Of a stretch of 64,000 nt of DNA, positions 9,141 to 18,993 are shown piece by piece (positions within the stretch are counted from its first letter, which is position 1; each line of letters opens with the position of its first letter). Both the position numbers and the translations under genes were made by a program. The notes below the pieces were generated by a model. That model did not search any database. It was given only the letters and a program-made list of their open reading frames with translations, and was not told the origin of the DNA. The DNA lies in IMG/VR virus record IMGVR_UViG_3300017991_000103, positions 5,479-69,478 of that record. One strand, given 5' to 3'. Source of the DNA: a virus.

Positions 9141-11629
9141 TGAAACAAAAAGATGTATTTCATGCACCACCGCCACCACTAGTTGATATTGAGGCTCAGT
9201 GCAGAGGATTGTCTTCCATACCATGTATATGTGGATGTAAGGAGATGAACTTAGTCGATGATATACCATCGGCTTTTCCTCTTGCAAAGTCTTTTGCAAG
9301 ACACGATGTCAAGGTTGGTGAATGTAAGAAGTGTGGTATTTTTAGAATAATAGGACCACCGTATTATAATGACGAAGAGATGGGTAAATTTTATGCAAAT
9401 ACATACCCACCTGTATGTAATGAATATAGTGCTAAGAACTGGAATCATGATATACAGCTTGCTGAAAAGAGGTGTGCCGAGTATGGTATACGAGAGGGAA
9501 CAAATTATAGGATTCTCGATGTCGGGTCAGGGTCTGGTGCCTTTGTTGTGGAATGTCGAAGACGGGGTGCAGAGGCTTGCGGCTGTGAGTTATCGAAGTA
9601 TCATTACGCCGATAGTAGTGAAGATGAATGGGTATATCGTGAGCGTTTGGAAGACATAAATTTTCCAACTGATTATTTTGATATAGTAACGTGCCATGAT
9701 ACTCTTGAACATGTATTAGACCCTGTTAAAATGCTTGAAGAGATGTTTAGAATAACAAAACAAAATGGGGAGTGTTTTCTAGACTTTCCTAACTATTTTG
9801 ATGAAAGTGGAGGTCATCACTGGAAGCATGAGCACCTATGGTATTTTAATAGGGCCGAACTTAGAAAATTACTCAAGAAGGTAGGTTTTAAAATTGTTAA
9901 TGTTTCACAACCAATTCAGTCGAAATTACTTTTTAATTGTAAGAAACCTAATCAACAGAGAGCTAGTATATTAGTTCCACCTGGTATAGGTGATTCATTC
10001 TGGTCAGTGATAAAACTTGAGGCCTTTATTGAAAAACATAAATTAGGTATTCCTGATGTATGTATTGTATGTAATAGAGATAAAGCACATGATGGTCATA
10101 AACGGTCTGTTCCATTTCTAAGAATGTTTCCTTTTATTAATTGTACTGGTAAGGTTTTTGTGAATAACGATAGTCCTAAATTAAGGAAGATATGGAAGGA
10201 AGCGTACGGGCGACCCGGTAGAACGTGTTTTGAAGGGGTGCATGATTGCGATTACTTTATATCGTATAATGGGCACCTTAGGGTTGGAGAGAGTATGGAT
10301 GAAATCGACCCTCATTTAAAGACAAATTGGCATCCGAAAAGATTCGTATCACTTGAAGAGAGAAGGTTTAAAGAAGAGAGTGTCAAGAAGTATGGTGAAT
10401 ATATTGTATGGTATTTACCATTCTTTGGAACATATAAATACTGGTTGAATGAATTTCCAGTTGAAAAGGTCATTGAGTTTGTTTTATCGGTGACTGAATA
10501 TACTGGATTAACACCAGTATTTACAGGTGCAGCTTGGGATAGAGACGACAATCCGGTACTTGATTGTATTATGGACCATATACCTAATGCTGTTGATTTG
10601 CGTGGTGAAACATCAGTTGAGCAGTTATTTGGTTTAATAAATGGTAGTACTGGTGTTGTAGGTTTTCCATCGGGGCTAACCATAATGGCTGCAACCTTTG
10701 GTGTAAGAACTTTTATGATATGGAATGATTTTTATAACAGAGATTTTGCTTGGTATTGTTGTCCTCCTGAGGTCAAGAATAAGACCTATTTTATAGAGAA
10801 TACTAAGAATATCCATGATGTTGCTGAGTTTTCGCAGAGAGTTTCTAATATAATATCTGGTAAAGAAGTTATTATACAAGAAACAGTTAAACCTAAGAAA
10901 CCTTTAAAGGTAAAAAAGAAAAAGAAAGAGCGTGTTTCTACACAACAGACCCTTGATGTGATAAGAGAGGTTGTTAGAGATTCTAAAACTGGGATGACTG
11001 TTGCTTGTGTATTGCGCTCAGGTGGACATTTTGATATTTCATATGTGGAGAAACTTAGGAATATGTTATATAGAAATGTCACCGCAGAGTATTCAATGGT
11101 ATGTTTAACAGATATTGACTTTAATCTTGATGGAGTAGATATTGTTCCTTTAAAACATGGTTATGACCGGTGGTGGTCTAAAATAGAGTTATTCAGACCA
11201 GGGGTTATCCAAACAGACAGAGTGCTTTATTTTGACCTTGATACAGTTATAATAGGTAATATAGATGATTTGTTTAAGTTAAACGGTGAATTTCTTGCAC
11301 TTCAACCTTGGAATAGTAAAAACAGAAAAAAGGGTTTTCTCGCATCAGGTATGATGCTGTGGAAACCTAAAGATTACACCTTTGTATACGCTGATTTCCA
11401 TGAGGGAGTAATGTCTTCATGTCAGGCCGGTGACCAAGAATACGTATCAAAGGAACTTGCGTTACATAATAAACAGTATGTTCCTTTGCAAAATGTGGTA
11501 TCTGGTATTTATTCATATAAACGCAATTGTAGGCATGGTTTACCTAAAGATGCTAGAATAGTATGTTTTCACGGTAGACCGAGACCACATATGGTAAATG
11601 AGCAATGGGTGTTGGAGAATTGGAAATGA
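9140..11629 (+). CDS. Three-domain fusion: class I SAM methyltransferase + GT9-like (heptosyltransferase-type) + GT8-like glycosyltransferase
   Basis: ILDVGSGSG and HDTLEHV (MTase); PPGIGDSFW, DLRGETS, PSGL (GT9-like); CVLRSGG, WWSKIELF, YFDLD, GDQ, FHGRPRP (GT-A/GT8-like); Lys-rich linker. Confidence 0.75.
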   Translation: MKQKDVFHAPPPPLVDIEAQCRGLSSIPCICGCKEMNLVDDIPSAFPLAKSFARHDVKVGECKKCGIFRIIGPPYYNDEEMGKFYANTYPPVCNEYSAKNWNHDIQLAEKRCAEYGIREGTNYRILDVGSGSGAFVVECRRRGAEACGCELSKYHYADSSEDEWVYRERLEDINFPTDYFDIVTCHDTLEHVLDPVKMLEEMFRITKQNGECFLDFPNYFDESGGHHWKHEHLWYFNRAELRKLLKKVGFKIVNVSQPIQSKLLFNCKKPNQQRASILVPPGIGDSFWSVIKLEAFIEKHKLGIPDVCIVCNRDKAHDGHKRSVPFLRMFPFINCTGKVFVNNDSPKLRKIWKEAYGRPGRTCFEGVHDCDYFISYNGHLRVGESMDEIDPHLKTNWHPKRFVSLEERRFKEESVKKYGEYIVWYLPFFGTYKYWLNEFPVEKVIEFVLSVTEYTGLTPVFTGAAWDRDDNPVLDCIMDHIPNAVDLRGETSVEQLFGLINGSTGVVGFPSGLTIMAATFGVRTFMIWNDFYNRDFAWYCCPPEVKNKTYFIENTKNIHDVAEFSQRVSNIISGKEVIIQETVKPKKPLKVKKKKKERVSTQQTLDVIREVVRDSKTGMTVACVLRSGGHFDISYVEKLRNMLYRNVTAEYSMVCLTDIDFNLDGVDIVPLKHGYDRWWSKIELFRPGVIQTDRVLYFDLDTVIIGNIDDLFKLNGEFLALQPWNSKNRKKGFLASGMMLWKPKDYTFVYADFHEGVMSSCQAGDQEYVSKELALHNKQYVPLQNVVSGIYSYKRNCRHGLPKDARIVCFHGRPRPHMVNEQWVLENWK

Positions 11630-12351
11630 TAGACAAAGACAAAATGCCTGACCCAATTCTAATAACAGGTGCAGCTCGTTCTGGCACTAGTATGGTTGCA
11701 GGGTCTGTTTGTAAGTGCGGTGCTTTTGGTGGGAATATGAGAGGGCCTAATAAAAATAATGCAAAAGGTATGTATGAAAATGTTAGGATAATAAATAATA
11801 TTGTAAAGCCGTATCTTAGAAAAATAAATGTTGACCCGCTTGGACAGTATCCTCTACCAGATATAAGGTCTTTACCAATACCTGCTGATTTAAGAGATAG
11901 AGTTCAGAATGAGATAATAGCCGATGGGTACACCGGTGGGCCATGGTTTTACAAAGGTGCAAAGCTCTGTTTGATATGGCCTGTTTGGCATTATGCTTTT
12001 CCAGATGCTAAGTGGATTATTGTTCGCAGGAAACCTAGTGATATAGCTAATTCATGTTGTAAAACTGGGTTTATGGCTGCTTTCAGAAAATCGTATGTTA
12101 GGAAATATGTAAATGTTGAAAACGAATTTGAAGGTTGGAAGTGGTGGGTGCGGCAACATCATAAGCGGTTTATGGAAATGAATGATGTAGGAGTTAATAT
12201 GAAGTTTGTTTGGCCTGATAGGATGGTAAGAGGTGATTATAGGCAGTTATATGATACGATTGAGTGGTTAGGTTTAAAGTGGAATGAGAAAGCGGTATTA
12301 GAATTTATCGACCCAAAATTGTGGAAATCTAGACAGGGGGTGCATACGTAA
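11626..12351 (+). CDS. Sulfotransferase family protein
   Basis: PILITGAARSGTSM, N.KG.YEN, WIIVRRKP.DIA.S; ATGA overlap with the upstream gene. Confidence 0.8.
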   Translation: MIDKDKMPDPILITGAARSGTSMVAGSVCKCGAFGGNMRGPNKNNAKGMYENVRIINNIVKPYLRKINVDPLGQYPLPDIRSLPIPADLRDRVQNEIIADGYTGGPWFYKGAKLCLIWPVWHYAFPDAKWIIVRRKPSDIANSCCKTGFMAAFRKSYVRKYVNVENEFEGWKWWVRQHHKRFMEMNDVGVNMKFVWPDRMVRGDYRQLYDTIEWLGLKWNEKAVLEFIDPKLWKSRQGVHT

Positions 12352-12741
12352 ATGGCTCGAACGACAGTAGAAGAGGTAAACGAGATTTTGGAAGAGGACG
12401 GTAATTCAACCAAACTTGCGGCAATGCTTATAGCAGCAAATGCTTTGGTGACTGATGTTGTTGGAAGTGATACCACAATAACGGACACGTTAAAAGAAGA
12501 GATTGAGAGGTGGTTGACTGCACATCTTTATGTTACTACAGTTAAAAGAGGAACAATGGCTGCTATGGAAAAGATAGGTGGTGGGCCAGCACCGAGTATA
12601 GAATTTGCTAATCTTGGTAGAGGGCTAAAATCGACCACTTATGGTAATACAGTTCTTGAGCTTGACACCACTGGTAAGTTTGCGGCACTTGGTAATAAGA
12701 AAGCTAGGGTTACAGCTTTTACTAGCTTCACTTATGATTAG
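12352..12741 (+). CDS. Head-tail adaptor/connector protein
   Basis: MARTT..EV, ERWLTAH, STTYG...L.LD.TG pattern; position. Confidence 0.65.
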   Translation: MARTTVEEVNEILEEDGNSTKLAAMLIAANALVTDVVGSDTTITDTLKEEIERWLTAHLYVTTVKRGTMAAMEKIGGGPAPSIEFANLGRGLKSTTYGNTVLELDTTGKFAALGNKKARVTAFTSFTYD

Positions 12742-12751
12742 GAGTTTATAA

Positions 12752-13117
12752 ATGGGAGCATTTCAAAATCTATCTGAAGTATTTGCTGTGCAAACGGCTG
12801 TATACTGGGGTGGACCTGAAAATGATGGCTATGGGGGCTTTACCTGGGATGAGCCTGTAGAAATCGACGTGAGATGGGATGAGGTAAGTGAATTGGTTAC
12901 TGATGCTAAAGGACAAGAAGTTGTATCAAAAGCAAAGGTTATTGTTGCGCAAGACGTTGATTTAAACGGTATACTGTTTCTTGGAGAACTAACAGATTTG
13001 GACTCTGACCAGGAAGGTGACCCACTCACTGTTGATGGTGCATATCCTATAATAAGGGTAGATAAAATACCTGCTCCACTAAGTACTGATGATTTTTTTA
13101 GGATGGTGTATTTATAA
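12752..13117 (+). CDS. Head closure/head-tail joining protein
   Basis: QTAVYW..P..DGYG...W.EP.EI.VRW, G.EVVS.A pattern; gene order. Confidence 0.65.
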   Translation: MGAFQNLSEVFAVQTAVYWGGPENDGYGGFTWDEPVEIDVRWDEVSELVTDAKGQEVVSKAKVIVAQDVDLNGILFLGELTDLDSDQEGDPLTVDGAYPIIRVDKIPAPLSTDDFFRMVYL

Positions 13118-13743
13118 TGCCTAGGTCTAAGAGTTATAGAGGTGGAGCACCTGGTCATTTTAAAATACCTAAGACCGGTATTGGCTTGCAAGGGTTAGAC
13201 GAGGTTATAAATAACGTACAGACTGAGATTGATAAAGTGAAAGATAGAACGATGTCTGGGCTTCTTAGAGCGGCTGCACTTGTCAGAAAGGACATGGATG
13301 AAACACCACCTGTGATTCCCGTTGATTTAGGTAATTTGAGTAATAGTTGGTTTGTTGCAACTTCTCGTGGTGCAGTTGCAAGAGGAAGAAAGCCGAAGTT
13401 TAGAAAAAGTAAGAGGGGTTCAGAACAAACTGCTGATGTTAATAAACTGCAACAAGGACATGTTGAAGCTATAGTAAAAGCGCATATGATGCTTTCTACA
13501 GCTAAAGGTGAAGCAATAGCTATGGGATTTAGTGCTTATTACGCACCGTATGTTCATGAAAATTTACAAGCCAAATTTAAAAGGCCTAATTCTGGTGCTA
13601 AGTTTTTTCAGGCCGCACTTCGTAGAAATAAACGGAAGATACTTCAGTTGATTGCATTTGAAGCTGAAATGAGGGCAACCGGATATGCAACAGGTGGAGC
13701 TGGTCGTGCTGTTAGAAGTGAGATAAAGAAAGAGTTTGAATAA
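13117..13743 (+). CDS. HK97 gp10-like neck/tail completion protein
   Basis: PVDLGNLSNS, YAPYVHE, AKFFQAAL motifs. Confidence 0.7.
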   Translation: MPRSKSYRGGAPGHFKIPKTGIGLQGLDEVINNVQTEIDKVKDRTMSGLLRAAALVRKDMDETPPVIPVDLGNLSNSWFVATSRGAVARGRKPKFRKSKRGSEQTADVNKLQQGHVEAIVKAHMMLSTAKGEAIAMGFSAYYAPYVHENLQAKFKRPNSGAKFFQAALRRNKRKILQLIAFEAEMRATGYATGGAGRAVRSEIKKEFE

Positions 13744-14138
13744 TGAATGCACCAAGTGTAGATATAAAAGATATGCTTGAAGATGAAACTAGTTTAGGAT
13801 TAACCTTTGCTACCAATCTGTTTATCGGAAGGATACCAGATGCACCTGATGATTGTGTGGTAATTGTGGATACATCAGGTTTTGCTCAAGACCTCACCTT
13901 TGATAAGGCCGAAAAATATGAGAGACCTTCAGTTCAAATAATGGTTAGGAACAATGATTATTTAACAGGATTTGACCTTTTGAACGATATTAAAGATGTA
14001 CTTCATGGTAAAGGACACACGACTGTTAACGGAGCGTACTACTCCGTTATAATGTGCGCAGATGCACCCTCGTTTCTCAACTGGGATGAGAACAATAGGG
14101 CGCACTTCGTACTAAATATTGATATGCAAAGGAGGTGA
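13743..14138 (+). CDS. Tail terminator (minor-capsid-type) protein
   Basis: LFIG..P..PD, P.VQI.VR, DENNR..FV.N; directly before the tail tube gene. Confidence 0.65.
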   Translation: MNAPSVDIKDMLEDETSLGLTFATNLFIGRIPDAPDDCVVIVDTSGFAQDLTFDKAEKYERPSVQIMVRNNDYLTGFDLLNDIKDVLHGKGHTTVNGAYYSVIMCADAPSFLNWDENNRAHFVLNIDMQRR

Positions 14139-14143
14139 ACTGT

Positions 14144-14581
14144 ATGTCTGATGCTTTTTCAGGTGTAGGTACCCAGTTCAGAAGGTGGAATACGAGTACT
14201 GGGCAGTGGGATAGTATCGCTGAAATTAACAGCATTGAAGGTCCCACTATGACCAGGGAAACCATTGATGTTACCAGCTTGGATTCTACGGATGGGTATA
14301 GGGAGTTCATAACTAGTTTCAGAGATGGTGGAACGGTTACCCTGAATATGAATTTCACTCGTGATGGGTATGAAACTATGAAGGATGACTTTGAAGATGA
14401 AGACCTTCAAAACTATGAAATTGTCCTTCCAGATGATGACAACACGAGCTTTGAATTTCAGGGATTGGTTACTGAGTGTCCCTTGTCAATATCGGCCGAC
14501 GACAAGGTTGGCTCAACCGTGGCAATCAAGGTTAGTGGGTCTGTTACAGTGAATAGCGGAAGTGGTCCTAGCCCGGGCTAA
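14144..14581 (+). CDS. Major tail tube protein (siphovirus)
   Basis: SD GGAGGTG; IAEINSIEGP.MTRETIDVTSLDS..GYREFI...DGG. Confidence 0.85.
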   Translation: MSDAFSGVGTQFRRWNTSTGQWDSIAEINSIEGPTMTRETIDVTSLDSTDGYREFITSFRDGGTVTLNMNFTRDGYETMKDDFEDEDLQNYEIVLPDDDNTSFEFQGLVTECPLSISADDKVGSTVAIKVSGSVTVNSGSGPSPG

Positions 14582-14586
14582 TAACT

Positions 14587-14609
14587 TAATAACCTAATCA
14601 AGGTTATTA
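14587..14609 (+). promoter_or_regulatory. Perfect 9-bp stem hairpin (TAATAACCT-AATCA-AGGTTATTA) upstream of the tail chaperone RBS
   Basis: Inverted repeat seen directly; function inferred. Confidence 0.45.
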
Positions 14610-14631
14610 TACATAGAAAGGAAATGTAATC

Positions 14632-15057
14632 ATGGCTTTCCTAAATAGACAAGATTTATTAAAGAAAGTTGAGTTGAAAATTGAGAAGGTGGAGTTTCCA
14701 GACAATACACATGTATTTGTTAGAGAAATGACTGGTAGGGAACGCGACCGGTATGAAAGATGGGTCATGGCAAATGAAAGAGAAGATGAACAGGGTAATT
14801 TAACCTTTGAACGGTCTCTTGAAGATTTGCGTGCGAAGTTGGCTGTAAATACAGTATGTGATGAACATGGCGATTTGCTCTTGACTGAGGAAGATATTAC
14901 AATACTTAGCACACGAATGCCAGCATGGAAAATGCAATTAATTGTAAATGCCGCCCATAAGGTAAATAAAATAAGTAGGGAAGAACAAGAGGCTTTGGTA
15001 AAAAACTTAAAAGGCGACCAACCAGAAGATTCTTCTTCAGACTCTGTGAAAAGTTAG
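14632..15057 (+). CDS. Tail assembly chaperone (gpG-like)
   Basis: V.VREMTG.ER pattern; between tail tube and tape measure; ends just after a slippery site. Confidence 0.8.
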   Translation: MAFLNRQDLLKKVELKIEKVEFPDNTHVFVREMTGRERDRYERWVMANEREDEQGNLTFERSLEDLRAKLAVNTVCDEHGDLLLTEEDITILSTRMPAWKMQLIVNAAHKVNKISREEQEALVKNLKGDQPEDSSSDSVKS

Positions 15058-15314
15058 GCTTTGCTCATCCAGACCATTTACTTGAGCAGTTAACTTCTTC
15101 CCAGTTATCTGAATGGATGGCTTTTTATGAAATTGAAGTTAAAGACACCAATAGTGGTTTGAACGAATATAAGAACAAGATTGGTGGTCGCCATAAAGAA
15201 GAAAAGAAGCCTAAAAAGCAAACGGTTGAAGAACAAAAAGCAATATTGATGGCAATGGTTAAAGCTGGTGAGGTTAGAGATGGTAAAAAGCCTAAAAGGA
15301 AGAGGCGAAAATAA
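15000..15314 (+). CDS. gpT-like extension reached by a -1 programmed frameshift (gpGT)
   Basis: A-AAA-AAC at 15000-15006; the -1 frame is open as KKLKRRPTRRFFFRLCEKLG...QLSEWMAFYE to 15314. Confidence 0.8.
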   Translation, partial: KKLKRRPTRRFFFRLCEKLGFAHPDHLLEQLTSSQLSEWMAFYEIEVKDTNSGLNEYKNKIGGRHKEEKKPKKQTVEEQKAILMAMVKAGEVRDGKKPKRKRRK

Positions 15315-18300
15315 ATGATTAATGTTGGTGGTTTAATAGCCTTCTTAGGTCTTGATACCAGTCAAGCTGAGTCTAGTGTTGCAGGGATGAAGACTCAACT
15401 TGCAGGACTTGGCACTGCTGGAACTCGAACTTTTTTTAATATGCAACATGCAGTTGGTGGATTTAGCAAAGGTCTTCAACATGGTATGAAGATGTCTGCT
15501 GAGATGCAAGGGTTGATGATTGGTATGGCCATCAACCCATTCACCATTGCTATTGGTGGTGCAGCTTTATTCACAGCAGGGGTCAAAAAGACTATAGAGG
15601 TTGCGTCTGAATTTGAAAAAGAGTGGGCAAATGTGACAACGTTATTACACATGAGTGCTCAGGATATGAATGAGTTTAGACGGGAATTAATGTTAACCAA
15701 TCCTGAACTTGGTAAAATCACTGAGTTGTCTAAAGCTATGTATCAGGCTTTGTCTGCTTCAGTTAAACCTGCTGAGTCGGTTGAATCTGTTGGTCATGCA
15801 GCTATGTTTGCAAAGGCTGCTTTGACTTCGCAGTTTGATTCAATAGATGTTGGGACGACAGTTATAAATGCGTATGGTATGGAAATCGACCGACTGTCAA
15901 ATGTATACGATGTGTTATTCAAAACTATTGAACTTGGGAAAACTACTGGTGAAGAGTTAGCAGGAACTTTTGGAAGAGTTATTCCTGTTGCGGCTGCATT
16001 AAATGTTCCACTTGAAGATTTGGCTGCGGTTACTGCCACTTTAACTAGAGGTGGTTTATCTACGGATGAAGCTATTACTTCTTTAAGGCAAACTCTTGCA
16101 CAGTTTTTAAGCCCCTCCAAGCAAGCTAAAGATTTAGCTGCTGAACTTGGTGTTGAGTTGTCTGCTGAAGCAATACAGGCTAAAGGTTTAGCGAAAGCAC
16201 TTGCTGACTTAGCTGCTAAATCACAAAATAATTCTGAAGCAATAGGTGTATTTTTTGAAAATATACGAGCATTAATTGGTGTTTTAGCTTTAACTGGTGC
16301 GCAAGCTGATGACTTAGCTGAAATTCAGGAAAAGTTGAAGAATTCATCTGGTTCGGTCAGAATTGCATTTGAAAAGCAAACTGATACTTTACGGTCACAG
16401 CTAGAAATACTTGGTGCGGTGATAGAACGGTATGAAACACTGTTTGGTTTACGCCCAACAAATTGGATTAAAAACTGGGTTAAAGGTATAAATAAAGATT
16501 TGACTGATATGTTGTATATGCTTGCTGATTTTGACATGTCTATGGAAAATCTTGGTGAAAATATACTCGAACTAACGTTTAATTTGCGTAAACTAGCTTT
16601 TGAGTTTAGTACAGGTGGACCTGGAGCTGTGCGTATTGGTACGTTTGCTTTCAAAAAGGCTGCCGAATGGAATATGGAACTTAACTTATGGATACTTAGA
16701 AATATAATGGGTATGCAAGAGTACCATAAGTTGGCTAAACTTATGATAACAAACTTTCCTGATATAGAGTCACTAATACCGGGTGATGTTTTTAAAGTTT
16801 CTTTCACCAAGAAAGAAACGAATGAGCGTTTACGACAAATAGATATGATGTTTGCTAAGCTAAGAGAGAAACCTGGTTTTAAATTCACCGAAGAGTTACG
16901 TGATGAACTAGAAAGACTTGAAGAAGATTTACCTGAACTTGAAATTAAAGCTCGGTATAGTAGTGATTTTGAACAAGAGAAACAGTTACTTATACATAAT
17001 TACAAGAAACTTATGGATATGTTTGAAGGATATGAAAAGGCTAAATTAATTATATTTGAGTCTTTCCAAGCTGAAAAGACTATACTTAATCGTAAGTTTA
17101 GTGAGAAGGAAAAGGAATTTATAAAGAGTGTTGAACTTGAGTATTTAAAATCTACAAATAATATACTCGAAGCAAACAAACGTGAATATGAGATGGCTGC
17201 AGAGGCTGCTAGAAATAGAATAGACAGTGAACAAGAGTTGAATAGGGTATTAAACTGGTATAGAGAGATACGAGAATCAAAGGACGAAGAGTATTATGAC
17301 AAAAAGAGGGAGTATGAAGAAGAACTATTTTCTGATTTACGCGAGTTACACGATTCATTCTATATGAACGATATTGAGCAGGTCAATCTTTGGTATACAC
17401 AGCAGAAGCGAATATTTATGTTACTTACTGATGATGCCGATAAGCTTAGGGAATCTTTAGAACTACTTGCTGAAGTACGTGAAGCGAAAATTGATGTTAT
17501 AGGTGATAGAGAAGCAAAACAGGTTGAAGATTTTATTCAAGAAGTTACAGATGAATATAACCAATTGTTTAAAACAAAGAAGAAATTACTTTTAGATGAA
17601 CATATTAATAGAGTAAACATGGCTGCGGCTATTATAGAAAATGAGAAGGAATTTCAAACAACGTTATTTCAGTTGGAAATGATATACGCAGAAAAGAAAA
17701 GACAATTGCAGTGGGATATGGTGAAGTTTTCACAGCGAACTGCAGAGGCTATGGAAGATGCGTTTTCAATGTTCTTTGTTGATGCTATGAAAGGGGAGCT
17801 TGATGGTCTAAGAGAGTATTTTATAGCATTTCTTGAAGCGTTGCAGAAAGCTGTATCAGAAATACTCGGACAGCTTATGAAAGAACTTTTCATGGGTAAG
17901 GGTGATGAACTTGGTGGTTTATTTGGTGCGGTATTTAGTGGTTTAGGTTTTAGTTTAGGTGGACCATCTGCAGCTCAACAACAGATTGCGGTGTATCAAA
18001 CACAAGGAGCAGTAAGTGCTTTTTCAAATGTGTCAGCAGTTCCAAGTTTTGCTAAAGGTGGTGTTGTTACTAATTTTGCGGCTGGTGGTTTGGTAGATAA
18101 GCCGGTTGTGTTTCCTATGCAACGCGGTGCAGGAGTTATGGGTGAAGCTGGTCCTGAAGCGGTCGTGCCTCTTTCCAGAACTTCTAGTGGAGAACTTGGG
18201 GTCAAAACTACTGATACTAAACAGGATAAGCCTTTAACTATACAACTTAATATAGCTGCACTTGATTCCAAGAGTTTTGTAGAGTTTACTAGAAGGAATC

Positions 18301-18383
18301 CGAATGCTATAATTGGTCCCTTTGTGGAAGCTTTACAGAGAGGACATTCACAATTAAGAACAGTAATCAAGGAGACTAGATAG
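15315..18383 (+). CDS. Tape measure protein
   Basis: 1022 aa helical; TP901-like core (G.TT..ELA...G.V.P.A); C-terminal FAKGG...MGEAGPEAVVPL. Confidence 0.9.
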   Translation: MINVGGLIAFLGLDTSQAESSVAGMKTQLAGLGTAGTRTFFNMQHAVGGFSKGLQHGMKMSAEMQGLMIGMAINPFTIAIGGAALFTAGVKKTIEVASEFEKEWANVTTLLHMSAQDMNEFRRELMLTNPELGKITELSKAMYQALSASVKPAESVESVGHAAMFAKAALTSQFDSIDVGTTVINAYGMEIDRLSNVYDVLFKTIELGKTTGEELAGTFGRVIPVAAALNVPLEDLAAVTATLTRGGLSTDEAITSLRQTLAQFLSPSKQAKDLAAELGVELSAEAIQAKGLAKALADLAAKSQNNSEAIGVFFENIRALIGVLALTGAQADDLAEIQEKLKNSSGSVRIAFEKQTDTLRSQLEILGAVIERYETLFGLRPTNWIKNWVKGINKDLTDMLYMLADFDMSMENLGENILELTFNLRKLAFEFSTGGPGAVRIGTFAFKKAAEWNMELNLWILRNIMGMQEYHKLAKLMITNFPDIESLIPGDVFKVSFTKKETNERLRQIDMMFAKLREKPGFKFTEELRDELERLEEDLPELEIKARYSSDFEQEKQLLIHNYKKLMDMFEGYEKAKLIIFESFQAEKTILNRKFSEKEKEFIKSVELEYLKSTNNILEANKREYEMAAEAARNRIDSEQELNRVLNWYREIRESKDEEYYDKKREYEEELFSDLRELHDSFYMNDIEQVNLWYTQQKRIFMLLTDDADKLRESLELLAEVREAKIDVIGDREAKQVEDFIQEVTDEYNQLFKTKKKLLLDEHINRVNMAAAIIENEKEFQTTLFQLEMIYAEKKRQLQWDMVKFSQRTAEAMEDAFSMFFVDAMKGELDGLREYFIAFLEALQKAVSEILGQLMKELFMGKGDELGGLFGAVFSGLGFSLGGPSAAQQQIAVYQTQGAVSAFSNVSAVPSFAKGGVVTNFAAGGLVDKPVVFPMQRGAGVMGEAGPEAVVPLSRTSSGELGVKTTDTKQDKPLTIQLNIAALDSKSFVEFTRRNPNAIIGPFVEALQRGHSQLRTVIKETR

Positions 18384-18384
18384 T

Positions 18385-18993
18385 ATGGCTAAGTTTCCAG
18401 AGTACTCGAGTATTTCAATAACACCTAGGGTTGTTGTTAAAATACGGTGGAAGACTTTAAAGACCCAATTTAATGATGAGTCTGTTGAAAAACGCCGGCA
18501 GAAATGGCTTTATCCGCGTAGGGATGTTATTGTTAGATACAATCATATACCGAAGTCAGACGGAGAAACTTTATGGGAATTCTATAATGCAAGGAAAGGC
18601 TCTTACAGTTCGTTTAACTTCTTTTTACCTGAGCCAGAAATGAGTTACCCAACATACACGGGAGAATATGTGGGCGAAGGAGATGGAAGCACAACCGATT
18701 TTAATATGCCGTGTAAAAGTGCGGTTACCCATACTATATATATAGATGGTGTTGCCCAAAATGATGGTTCTGATTATAATTATACAGTTGGTGGTGGCAC
18801 TGATGGTGCAGATAAGATAGATTTTGATGACAGTGCAATGGTCACACCCAGTGATGGTTCAATAATAACCGCTGACTTTCAGGGTATACTAAAGATTCGA
18901 TGCACCTTTGCAGAGGACATATTTGAGTTTGAAACATTTAGGGATTTATTTGTATCCACAGGTGTTGAGTTAAGAGGGGTATTGAACGAATGA
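18385..18993 (+). CDS. Distal tail protein (DUF2460-like)
   Basis: E.RRQKW..PRR, FYNAR.G...F.F, G.GDG.TT.F motifs directly after the tape measure. Confidence 0.7.
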   Translation: MAKFPEYSSISITPRVVVKIRWKTLKTQFNDESVEKRRQKWLYPRRDVIVRYNHIPKSDGETLWEFYNARKGSYSSFNFFLPEPEMSYPTYTGEYVGEGDGSTTDFNMPCKSAVTHTIYIDGVAQNDGSDYNYTVGGGTDGADKIDFDDSAMVTPSDGSIITADFQGILKIRCTFAEDIFEFETFRDLFVSTGVELRGVLNE

